From the NCBI GenBank assembly GCA_009914755.4, contig CP068257.2:20288001-20352000 (forward strand): a DNA stretch of 64,000 bases. Direction: 5' to 3'. Shown in pieces: positions 27,351-39,317 of this stretch (position 1 is its first letter; each line of letters starts with the position of its first letter). Source of the DNA: the human T2T-CHM13v2.0 reference genome, Homo sapiens. The notes beneath the pieces were generated by a model that worked only from the letters and a program-made list of their open reading frames with translations, made no database searches and was not told where the DNA came from. Made by a program: the position numbers and the translations under genes.

Positions 27351-28974
27351 GAGACCCTGTTTCTAAACAAACAGACAAACTCGAACTCTAGTTAATGTAA
27401 TTGAATTTCTTAGAATATCACTATGGCAGACAAATCCTAAGGAAGCCCCATTATCCAGCCTTCTGATACTCAAGTTCTTATGTAATCTCCTTCCCTTGAG
27501 TGTTTGTGGAGCCTGCGCGTGGCTTCTAACGAGTAGAAGACAGCAAAGTTAATAGTAGGTATAGGATTATGTGTATGTTATTATTTGATTACCTCACTAA
27601 TTTATAGGCAATTGCAATCCCCTTCTTACACCGAGACTCTCTTTCCCTTGTTGACTTTGAGGAAGCAAAAGGGAATGTTGGGAAGGCCTACAGGGCAAGA
27701 AAATAAGGATGGCTTTTTGGTGCCAGCTAGCAATAAACTGAAGCTCTCAGTTTGACAGTCTACAAGGAACTAAATGCTGCCAATAACCCCACAAGATTAG
27801 AAGCAGATCCTTTTCCAGACAGGCCTCAGATAAGACTCTAGTGTTGGCCAACACTTTGGTTGCAGACTTGTAATAGGAGCTCTTGATTTGGAAAATCCAG
27901 TGACGTTCTACCCTAACTGCTGACCCACAGTACCTGTGTGTTAGTAAGCTGTTAAGTTTGTGGCATCACTGCTTTGCAGCAAGAAATAATTAATTCAAGT
28001 ACCTAACATACATGAAGTGCTGATACAGTGTTAGCTATTATTATTACATGTGGCAAGACAATAAGCTTTGAAATCACAAAAATTTGAATGTAAATATAAA
28101 CTGTCCATTACTACTGTTAAGTTTGTAAAGACACTTTCAGAGTTCAAATTCCTTCATCTGAAAAATAGGGGCAATGATATCTACCCAATACATTCTTTAT
28201 GAGGGATGATAATAATAAAATAAACTTGATAAAATGATAACTAATATTTATTGAGTATATACCATGTAATTTTCCTATATTATCCTATTTAATTTAATAT
28301 TATTAAATGATCTTATGTGCCATAGACATTTACAAATAAGAAACTATAGTACAGAAAAATTAAGTAGCTTCAATCAAGTGGCTGTTGATGAATATAGTCA
28401 GGGTCTAAACATTGGTAGCCAGACTTTAGAATCTGAACCATACAGTGATCCTCTGCCAGATAAAATAATTATTTCAACAGATGTAATTTTGATCACTAAC
28501 TATGTTCTACTTTTTATTTTAGGTTAAGTGATATAACAGAATGAAACAGACATTTAGACGTTAGGTGAGGCAAAACTACCAAAAGGGAATGGGAAATAGC
28601 TGCCAGATAAGTAGCATTAAAACCAATTAGGTATGATATTCCGTAAGCCTAGAGAAATTTTGGTTAACATTTTATATGTTCGTGATAGGAAATCTTAGAT
28701 GAGAACTGGACATTATGCAATTGACCATTGCATAATAAAGGGGTCTTGTTGAGAGCAGATTTGCCCTTGTTGACAGCAGATTTGGTAGGATGGTGTGGGT
28801 AAAAGTCTAATTGAAACCAGTTTAGACAAAGTCAGTGAAGAGGATAGCACAAATAACACTTCAAATGAATTTGCATATAAAAGGAGCAGTCGTTGGAAGG
28901 GAAAAATAGTCATAAGAGCAATATTTTTGTTTGATTTAAAATGGGAGAGATATAAACATGTTTACATACTCAAT

Positions 28975-29890
28975 TAGTCAGTGTTCTCTAGAGAAACAGA
29001 ATAGGGTACATACCTAGATATATAAAAAAGGGATTTATTATGGGAATTGCCTGATGCAATTATGGAGGCTGAGAAGTCTCACAGTCTGCCGTCTCAAGCT
29101 GGAGAAGCAGGAAAGCTGATGGTGTAATTTAGGCTGATTCTGAAGGCTTGAGAACCAGAGGAGCCAACACTGTATCTCTCAGCGCCATAGCAAAAATGTG
29201 TGCTATGGTTGAAGGTTATGTCCCCTCAAATAATCATGTTGAAACTTCATACCTAATGTAACAGCATTAAGAGAAGGGGTCTTCAGGAGGTGGTTAGGCC
29301 ATAGGGGCTCCACCCTTATGAATGAGATTAGCCATGTTGGAAAAGGCTGGAGGGAACTAATTAGGACCATTTCTGCCCTTCTGCTCTCCTACCACATGAG
29401 GGTACAGCAAGAAGGCCTTCTGCAGACACTAAATGCCAGGGCCTTGATCTTGGACCTCCCAGACTCTAGAACCGTAAAGGATATATATTTGTTATTTTTT
29501 ATGAATTATCCATTCTAAGGTATTTGGTTAGAGCTGCAGAAACGGATGATGACAGGCAAAGAATCAAGGGACCCGCTGATGCAATAAATATTGGAGTCTG
29601 AATGACTGAGAACCAGGAGCTCTGATACCCAAAGGCCGGAGAGGATGCATGTCCCATCTCCAGAGAGAGAGCAATTTTCACTTCCTCCACCTTTTTGTTT
29701 TGTCTGGGCCCTCAATGAATTGGGTGATACCTGCCTACATTGGCGAGGGTGGTCTCCTTTACTTGGTCTGCTGATTCAAATGTTAATCTCTTCTGAAAAC
29801 ATCCTCATGGACACACCCAGAAATCATGTTGTATCAGCTATCTGGGTATCCTTCAACCCAGTCAGGTTGATACACAATAACTATCACATA
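28975..29890 (+). mobile_element. Composite/nested ERVL-MaLR LTR-derived repeats (MLT1-like LTR nested in or rearranged with another MaLR-type LTR)
   Basis: 28975- 'agtcagtgttctctagagaaacagaatagggtacatacctagatatataaaaagggatttattatgggaattgcctgatgcaattatggaggctgagaagtctcacagtctgccgtctcaagctggagaagcaggaaagctgatggtgtaatt' (LTR 5' motif). 29195-29480 'tgtgctatggttgaaggttatgtcccctcaaataatcatgttgaaacttcatacctaatgtaacagcattaagagaaggggtcttcaggaggtggttaggccataggggctccacccttatgaatgagattagccatgttgg...ccttgatcttggacctcccagactctagaaccgtaaag' (MLT1 LTR). 29560-29890 holds a middle LTR segment ('...ttcacttcctccacctttttgttttgtctgggccctcaatgaattgggtgatacctgcctacattggcgagggtggtctcctttacttggtctgctgattcaaatgttaatctcttctgaaaacatcctcatggacacacccagaaatcatgtt'). 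Confidence 0.55.
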
Positions 29891-30320
29891 CAGTAAATAA
29901 ATAATCCAGTAGAGAGGAAATAACCTTCAGAAAAGATGTGGGCAAATTGCTATAGAGTACTGTCTTTGAATAGGTGAAAGTAGATGGGTTCTAACGTATG
30001 AGTGAAGAGCTGGCTTTGAGTAGAGAGAAACTTACAGTTCATGGACCATAACATTGGAAAGGGTCAGATTGTATAAGTAGACTATGCTAGGTGCATAGAA
30101 AGGTAGGTTATAGCTTAGAAACTTCTGATGATTTGCAAGTCAAATTAGAAGCATGACTGAAGATGGAGAGAAGGAAGGGGAGATTATAAGAGAGAGTAGG
30201 GGGTATGAAATTATCATTTGGAGAGCAAATTGACTAAGTCATATGATTTCCAGGCAAGATTAAGGAGACACTTCAGATTATTAATCATGAATTCAAAGTG
30301 CCAAAAGTCAGTATGTCTCT

Positions 30321-30647
30321 GTTTTTTGTTTGTTTGTTTGTTTGTTTGTTGTTTGCTTGTTTTTGAGACAGAATCTCGCTCTGTCACCCAGGCTGGAGTG
30401 CACTGGCGCAATCTTGGCTCACTGTGCAAGCTCTGCCTCCTGAGTTCACGCCATTCTCCTGCCTCAGCCTCTCGAGTAGCTGGGACTACAGGCACCCGCC
30501 ACCACGCCCAGCTAATTTTTTGTAGTTTTAGAAGAGACGGGGTTTCACCGTGTTAGCCAGGATGGTCTCGATCTCCTGACCTCGTGATCTGCCCGCCTCG
30601 GCCTCCCAAAGTGATGGGATTACAGGCGTGAGCCACCGCGTTCGGCC
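30321..30647 (-). mobile_element. AluY SINE (minus orientation) with (TTTG)n-rich tail
   Basis: T-rich tail '(ttttttgtttgtttgtttgtttgtttgttgtttgcttgtttt)' then rc-Alu 'gagacagaatctcgctctgtcacccaggctggagtgcactggcgcaatcttggctcactg...gtttcaccgtgttagccaggatggtctcgatctcctgacctcgtgatctgcccgcctcggcctcccaaagtgatgggattacaggcgtgagccaccgcgttcggcc'. Approximate TSD 'tctctgttttt' / 'ttctgtgttttt'. Confidence 0.92.
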
Positions 30648-31440
30648 TTCTGTGTTTTTACTCTAACTGTATACAGCTCTGCAGATGTGGTATGTATTAG
30701 GAGGGGGATTATATTTAATCTTGTCTGGGATTTTTCTAGGTAAGTACAATAAAAGGAAATTGACACCAAGAAGTTGATAGTTTATATAATAATAGTTGAC
30801 CATAGAATTTAAGGTGGAGAAGAAGTTATTGAATATATGGCAAGGATGAAGGACTGTGAAAAGGTGGTGACATCAGTGGAATTTAGGTCCAAAAGATTGT
30901 TAGAGTGTGAGCCTTAGTAAGTAGAACATGGAAAAATAAGAAGTATTGGTCTGTGAGAGGGTTGTACAAAACTGAAGTAATGCAGATGTTGCAATTATTG
31001 CTGATAGCATGTTCTTTGTAGGGTCATTCAAATGGAAGTTTGGGGTACAGTGGGAAAAATACTAAGAGTGCAGTTGCCTCACCTCCTAGGCCAGAGAGTT
31101 GCAAAGGCCACCTGTGTGGCTATTTATATTACGAAGAATTATGTCAAAGTATTTTAGGAATGAGTGAGAGTGAGACAAGAAGTAAAACCCTCGGGAAATG
31201 AGGAAAGACGTGGAAGTCCATAAGTGTTTGTAACACTGAGTAATTGTACGTGCATTAGAAAAATGGTTTCTTAAAGTGTGACTTTCAATGGTTGTTGCTA
31301 GAAATGCAAATTGCCAAGCAAATTTCTTGTTAGAAATGCAAATTTGATCAACAATTCTGGTTAGGGCTCAGCAATCTCTCTTTTAACAAGTCTTCCAGAT
31401 GATTGTGACATATTCTAAAATTGAAAACAACTGAATATAG

Positions 31441-31590
31441 TAATATAATATAATGGCATGAGATCTAAAACTTGGATGGAATATAATGGCATGAGATCTA
31501 AATGCCATTTAGATGGCATTAATATATAATAAATGGCATGAGATCTAAAACTGAAGATTATAATATAAGGGCATGAGATCTAAAACTGGG
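31441..31590. repeat. Imperfect tandem array (minisatellite-like), unit core 'atggcatgagatctaaaac', 4 copies, period ~35-47 bp
   Basis: Core copies at 31453-31471, 31486-31506, 31533-31553 and 31568-31589, separated by AT-rich 'ataatata' spacers. Confidence 0.8.
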
Positions 31591-32547
31591 GATTTTAGGG
31601 ACAATTAGGACGAATGGTCTGGAAGTTACAAGGAAAAGCAAAGTTGAATCCACCCTACTTTTGGGTCTGGTGAACAAAGAGGTGGGACATACCTTCTTTA
31701 TCATGTTTTGGTTATTAGCTTACTAACCACTGACTATATACTAGAAAATATGATAGCTTTACATGGATGATCTAATTTAATCAAATAGCTCTCTTTGGTA
31801 AGTACTATTGCAATCTACATTTTACAAAGGAGGAAACTGACATAAAATTATGTTAAATGACTTGCTCAAGCTCATATAGCTAATACATCTTTATTCCTCC
31901 TCACTTTTATATATTTTATAATCCAATCGAATATTTATTTCAACAATCCTCCACCTCTGGTTTTAGTAACACTCATATATTTTACTACCATTTCAGACCG
32001 ACACTGACTGGTTTGTATGTTCCTCATGAAGTCAGGTGGTCAATGTTAGAACTGCCCTAATTCATCCTGTCTGATACTTCCAAAGACTCATTAGAATAGT
32101 AGATTTGAAAGGGCTCTTCTAACTTGCCTGCTCTAACTTTTCTCTTTTATGTAATGCTCAGAAAGTTAGTACTTGACAGACAAAATGTCAGCAGCAGAGT
32201 TTTATGAAAATCTCTGACCCCCATTAAAACTATTTTTTATTATACACCCCATTTCTTCAGTTGAAGCATATTTAGACTAGACACTCATGCTATGATTTAT
32301 TTCTTCTCGCTCAGACTTGCTGTTAATCAATGGCTAAAAATGTAATTCCCAGAAATGTGCCACCCCCAAATTCCTTCCTACGCACAGGTGCCAGAGTCAT
32401 CCATCCAAAATGTGCAACTGATCATGTTACTTCTCTGATTAAAAGTCCTTTAAAATCTCCTATTGCTTACAGCTGCGTGGTGCTTTTTCTTTTAGTTTTA
32501 ACACAGAGGAAAGTGACAGAGTGCTATGTAATCTCTGAAAATAAACT

Positions 32548-32617
32548 ATCTCTCTCTTTCTCCCTTCTTCCCTCTCCTTTTCTCTTTCCCTCTTTTCTCC
32601 CCCTTCCTTTCTTTCTC
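32548..32617 (+). repeat. 70-nt uninterrupted polypyrimidine (CT-rich) tract on + strand (polypurine on -); H-DNA/triplex-prone low-complexity
   Basis: 'tctctctctttctcccttcttccctctccttttctctttccctcttttctcccccttcctttctttctc' contains only C and T. Further CT-rich sequence flanks it to about 32640. Confidence 0.9.
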
Positions 32618-35412
32618 AGATCTCAGCCAGATTTCACTTTCCAGCCTCTCTTGCAATTAGAGATGGCCAACTGACTGGATTTTAACCATAGAAAGCCAAA
32701 TAATTCAAGGGTGTCACTTCCAGTCCATACTTGTTAAGGAAGCAGATATGTCATTTTACCCACTCTCTCTACTTTTGTTAGCTTGAAATGATCACCTAGA
32801 AGACTCTGGAAACAGTGTTGAAGGCTGTAGTTCTTGAGTGACTCAGTAGAGTAGAGTGCTTTCCCACCCCTGACTCCTGCAGGCACTAATCAGAAACACC
32901 ATTTTTGATATATATGTGAATGAAAAATAAACGTATTATTTGAACACATGGATATTTCAATGTTTACATTTTATAGCCACTGGTGCTACTTTAACTTACA
33001 CTGTGCCCTAATTTTTGACTCCATGATGTTCTATGCACATTACACATTTTGGATTCAAATTACCTGTTTATAAATCTGTTTCAGCCATAAGACTGTGAGA
33101 TCTTGATTAAAGGGATGATGTCTAGATTTGTCTGTAAGTATCCACTGATCAATACAGCATAATTGTGGCACAATATCTAAGGTTGAACCTACATGCTAAC
33201 ATGTTTTGCCTGCTTGTTTCAAATGGATCAGTGAAAACAATCAGACTGCACAGTTTAAAAATGTTTTGACTTGTGAAATGGAAATTACTTATACATCTAT
33301 GAAGAAGATAACGTCTAAAAATTCATATAAAGCTTTTGAAAATATTACTAGAATATAACTGCCTATTTGTGAAGCACCATTGCTTTAAAAGCTATTGGAA
33401 ATTATATGTTTTATTTTGTTGTCTTAAAGGAGGCTTAGGATGATTCGGAAGGTTATACTTATATTTTTAAGACGCAATTATGTTATCCACTTCTCTTGGT
33501 TTCTTTTGGTGGTTAACAGCATATCTATCGAGATGAATTAAACGACGTAGCAATTAGTATACTGTAAGATGTCATTTGCTAAATGGGTGAGCAATCGCGT
33601 GGACAAACATTTTACACTGAAATAATGATTTACTTACAGAAATCAATAGCTATGTCTTTTTTGGCTCTAAGTGGTTTATGGAACATAACCTCAACAAATT
33701 GTAGAAATAGAATCACCACAGTGCATTATGCCTTTCTTTAATAAAAGCAATACACAGCTGGTGAGACTAAGGTTTTGTTGAATGATATTTATATAGAAAT
33801 TTTCAGTATAATAAATTTGAGAATTAAGATGAAATAGAAATGAATCTTTTTATAATTTGTTGATATACTGATGTTTATTAATTGGACATTATCAAAAATC
33901 ATAACTAACAATAGTAAATATCCTTCATGTAACAGATTAAGTGAGACACTTATTGCTATTTAATAGAATCCAGGAACCAGAGGCCAGGTATTTTGATTTT
34001 CATCATAGTGACCCCAATACTAGTAGTTTTCAGTGGATATAACACCGCTGGTAGGGAATAGCTGGCACATGCATACAATTTTTCTAGTTGTCACAAGATT
34101 GGAGAATACTTCTGTCCTTTACTGTGCCAGGGATAAGAAAGATAGAAGGCCTGCCAGACAGGCTTGACTTTCATTCTACTCACGTTCAAATGGTGACTGG
34201 ACATTCAGATAAATGAAACACATGTTTATAATTATCTGTCTTAGAATATATTTAAAACAAATATCAACATAAACTATTTTTTGAAGTTTCAAGTTGTAAA
34301 GAATTTTCCTCAAATTAAAATTCACTTTTAACCGAGGGATGACTCAAAATTTTATCAAGAATATTTTACCATCCTGGAAACTCTTATCCTAAATAGCAAT
34401 ATGCTTCTCTTGGCATTGGAGCCACCTTTCTTATATAATTTCTTCTTTGTATTACAATTATAGCATTATGTTGATTTTTCAAATGTGTGTTAAGTTTCAT
34501 ATATAATTTTAATTCAGGATAGTAGAGGGAGCATGATTAATATTTAAATAAGGGTTTTCTATATTTATGGTAAAATCTATACTCTGAAAATACTATATAA
34601 TGACGTGCTACTAAGCACCTCTTCCCAACTCCACATTTAGTGACATCCCATCATAACTTGAAATTGGATATGGTGGGTGTATTTACACTATGGGATTTGC
34701 AGATGTACAAATCATTGCTCAACCTCTCCCATCTTTCAGTAATCACCAGTACACCACTCTCAGAAACATAGTCCTGTCCATTATAGATAACCAGGATCTA
34801 TAAACCCCGTATATTGTGCTAGTCATTAACTAGCAGTAAATAAAGTTACCTGTAAGTTAAAAGAGGTAATGAGCATAATATCATACAAAACACTCTTATT
34901 ATTAACTATACAAAATGGATTTCTTTTTTATGTTTTCCCCATTCAGACAGATATAGAAGTCCAAAGGTTTCACTTACTTATTGGGTGTATTTTGCAACAA
35001 ATTTTTCCAGGAATCATTAAGACACAACATTGCATAATATTAAACTTCCGTAGAAGAATTACAGATCTTTTCCACCCATATGCTATTGCAAGCAAGTGAT
35101 AATGACATGCATTTTGAAATCATCAAGCTGAAATGATCCTGACCATGCTGTACGGTTTATAATTTTAGATATCTAGGTAATCAATCTTTCATGTGCTAGA
35201 CTAGATCCACGTTTTTTATGAGAAAAAATAAAAGGCTTGTTCTGTCTGAAGGCACTTCTTCATCCAAACCCATACAGCTTTGGGGTTAGTGCTCCTTGGA
35301 CTCAATTCTGAGTGAGATGTTTCCCATCACTCATACATTATGGTCTCACTCAACAGCTAAGAGTACCTTAGCTCCAGGTTATCATTAGAGAATACTATTA
35401 AAAACTGTCTTC

Positions 35413-35767
<355 letters not shown>

Positions 35768-35875
35768 TTAACAGATAAATTTTTGAAGTAGTATACCCTT
35801 TTATCTAAAGAGAACTGGTTTTTCACACCAAAAAACAATTTCCTAAAATAATATGATACAAAACAGTATTACAGT

Positions 35876-36194
35876 TGATACGGTTTAGCTATGTCCCCAC
35901 CCAAGTCTCATATTGAATTGTTGCTTCCATAATCCTCATGTGTAGGGTGAGGGACCCAGTAGGAGGTAATGGAGTCATGGGGCAGGTATTTCCCATGCTG
36001 TTCTTGAAATAGTGGTTTTATAAATGGGAGTTTCCCTGCCCACACGCTCTTGCCTGCCGCCATGCAAAACATGCCTTTGCTCCTCATTTGCCTTCCACCA
36101 AGATTGTGAGTCAATTAAATCTCTTTCCTTTATAAATTACCCAGTCTTAGGTATGTCTTTATTAGCAGTGTGAGCACAGACTAATAAAATAGTA
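35876..36194 (+). mobile_element. ERVL-MaLR solo LTR, THE1/MST-type
   Basis: 'tgatacggtttagctatgtccccacccaagtctcatattgaattgt...ccataatcctcatgtgtagggtgagggacccagtaggaggtaatggagtcatggggcaggtatttcccatgctgttcttg...ttataaatgggagtttccctgcccacacgctcttgcctgccgccatgcaaaacatgcctttgctcctcatttgccttccaccaagattgtgagtcaattaaatctctttcctttataaattacccagtcttaggtatgtctttattagcagtgtgagcacagactaataaaat' matches the THE1 LTR consensus ('tgatatggtttggctgtgtccccacccaaatctcatcttgaattgtagctcccataattcccacgtgttgtgggagggacc...') end to end. Confidence 0.85.
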
Positions 36195-36943
36195 TATTTT
36201 TAAGTCCTCAAAAATCATATTAAAAATAATGTAAAATATATTCCTGATTTGCACACCAACAGTTTTTATGATATTACTCAATATGCTCCTCATTGTAAAC
36301 ATATGAGATATAATGCGGTAATATTATTTGAGATCTTTGTAATGGGTTCATTACTTGCTTTCCTTAAGGTATCTGCACTCCTTTCTTTTTACTGACTATA
36401 AAATGATTGTTTCCATTTCTCTTTGGCTTTTAGAAAGCTAAGATTCAAACTGAAGGTTAACTGAATCAATTATGTAATCTTTATTCTCATAATTATGTCT
36501 TTACCTAATCCTTAACTTCATATACATACATATATATATTTCTTTGCACTGACGTTTTCTTGCTATTCATAACCCTTTTTCCTCCTTTTTTTTCAGTTAC
36601 TGCTCTTGATTTTAGTGTACTAAAAATCACGTGCAACATGACAGCCTACAAATAGGTAAAGTATAGATACAATTATATAAAGCTTTATTTTCATACTCCT
36701 ACATTTTACACCACAATGAAGTAAAACAAAACAAAAAAAATTAAGGAAAATAAAAATTCAGTGATCATTTTAGTACTTATTTTATTTCACCATTGTTAGA
36801 TCTCACTATATCTTGCTGGTTCAGAATATCATAGAGATGGATAAAGAGTGGTAGCATAATTAACAACAGTCTTTATTTTCACCTTGCCAAATGGCTTTGA
36901 ATGAAAAAAAAATGAGTAGATGTACACAAAATAACTACTAACA

Positions 36944-36970
36944 TATATATACATATATATATATATATAT
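36944..36970. repeat. (TA)n/(ATAC)-type microsatellite
   Basis: 'atatatatacatatatatatatatatatg' seen directly. Similar 'atacatacatatatatat' near 36520-36545. Confidence 0.8.
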
Positions 36971-39317
36971 GATTTCATGATTAGAAAATATGGCTCTCTG
37001 AAGTACATTTCATAGGTTAAAAAAGCATGCAAAAATGCTTTTCATTCTCAACTTGCAATATCTAAACAATAAACTTACATGGGGAAAATGTGTTGCCCTT
37101 GACAATTATGCAGGTACATTCTGAATTCATGCTACAAACTTCAAGAAGCGGCTGGTCTTTTCTATTTTTTTTTTTCTATCATCTAAGATATCCTTTGAGA
37201 ATATTCACTTAGGTGTTTTCCAGCCAGACAGTTAATGTCATTGCTGTTATTCCTTTGTTTAGCAGAAGCAAGACTTTATTTATGGCCCTAACTATTGCTA
37301 CTCTAGAGTAGAGCAGTTGTGCTGTGATATATTAGGGCAGTTTGTCATTTCTATATAAAAATATTCCTTTTATATGATAACACTTTGATCAAAATACTGG
37401 GCTTCAGCCACAGTAGGAAAATAAGAAGCAGCAATTAAAGTTGCTCAGGTGAAGAAAGAATCCAGTGTATGCTATATTAATAGTTCATCAGTGTAACACA
37501 ATGTAGTGTAACAAATGCATCTGATAATGTAATTTCTTTTCAAAAGACAGTTTAAAAAGATTGATTCACCAACATTCATCTTACAGTCAAGACTGAAGAA
37601 TTTGATTTGTTGTTGCCTGTTCTCTTTATTCTGATAGTTTGTTGTATCTCTCTTTATAAAAATGTCACATTAATACTATTTCTACCTTAGATAGCTCATC
37701 ATCTCAATTCTATTATTTTCATATGACTAGGGTTATAGAACAGCTGCCACTTGGCTGAGTGTTGTCAGGCTCAGAAAGTGATATTTTCTTTTGGAGGAAC
37801 ACTATTTGTAAATCCACTCAACACTCCCGAAAATCTTTATTTGGTGTTAGTAAATTGTTGCCCTGATGGTGCCATGTTTACAAAGGAAGTTTCTAATTGA
37901 TGTGACGTTTTCTTCAACAAAGATTTAATAACTTTTGCTATATTGGTAAATTGCTTGATTTATTTTACCACTTACATAGTAAAAGCTTTGATTTAGAAAA
38001 TGCCTGTGTGTTATATTGTGGTACAAAGGATAGGGAACCTATTGAGGCTCTCCAGATCTAAAAAATACACAATGTTTAATTTTAAACAAGCTTCCATTAT
38101 TTTCTTGTAACCACAATTTCACTTTGGCAGTTTGATGAGGCCATTGGAAGTCATAATTTATTTATTTCAAAGAATAAAAACTGTTTTAGCCAGAAAATAC
38201 ATTTTTTTCAGTAACAGCTTTAAAATACATTCATTAAAACAACTAATATTAAATTGTGTTGGCATATCATCATGAACAAGGACAAAATAATTAAATATTA
38301 GAAATTTTGCTGAAAAATAAAATGCTATTAATTTCATTCAATCATTACGCATATATTAACCACCTTCTACAAGTCAGATACTATTCTGAGCATTGAGAAA
38401 ACACTCGATATTCAAAATAATATTGGTGTTTCTATAGCTAGCTTGTATTTTGTTGTGTGAGACAAATTAAAAAAGGAAATTGTATATAATGTTTCAGGTG
38501 GTGAAAAGTGTTCTTAATTAAAATAAATGAGATAAGGACCTAAAGAGTGACAATTTTGATGGGTCAGAAAGAAGAAGTTCTAGTTTAAACAATGTAGTAA
38601 GAGAGGATCCTTCTGAAAGAGAAATTTGAGCAGAAAATTGAAGGAGGTTGAGAAATAAAGCACAAATACCAGAGAGCAAAATCTTTCTTGTAAAGACAAT
38701 AGCAAGTGCAAAAACAAAGCAGGAGTGAACTTAGAGGGGCATCAAGATGGTTGAAGCATGGTGGGAAAGTGAGGAGGCTTTAGGACACAGGTTCAACTCC
38801 AAGTGAAATGTGAAGTTGTTGAGGGTACAGTTCTAATTTTTTTTTGAAAATGGCACTAATGTATAAACTATTTCAGACAAAATATATTTCAAGGTGTAAG
38901 CTATATGTCTCAGCTCATTAAATTGCTAATATGACATTTAAAAAGTCATCAAAACACATTAAATTGCCTTGACAAATGGTACTTAGAAGCTTTTTTAATG
39001 TGACATCTGAGTTGAACATAAAGGTCACATCGAACACACTAAAATGCATAAAAACAATGGGCAGTGTTTCTAAAACATCATTATGTTCACACTCATATGT
39101 GGGAGCTAAGCTATGAGGATGCAAAGGCATAAGAATGATACACTGGAATTTGGAGACTCAGGGAAAAGGGTGTGGGGTGGTGAGGAATAAAAGGCTACAC
39201 ATTGGGTATAACATGCTGCTTGGGTGTTGGTTAAACCAAAATTTCCAAAATCACCACTAAAGACCTTATTCATGTAACCAAACACCACCCGTTCCCCAAA
39301 ATCCTACTGAAATGAAA

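Noticed and set aside
35908-36114. 68-aa minus-strand ORF
   Set aside because: Inside the THE1/MST-type solo LTR (35876-36194). LTRs commonly carry such chance ORFs. ORFs 12940-13158 (-) and 29499-29715 (-) are similarly within MaLR LTRs.
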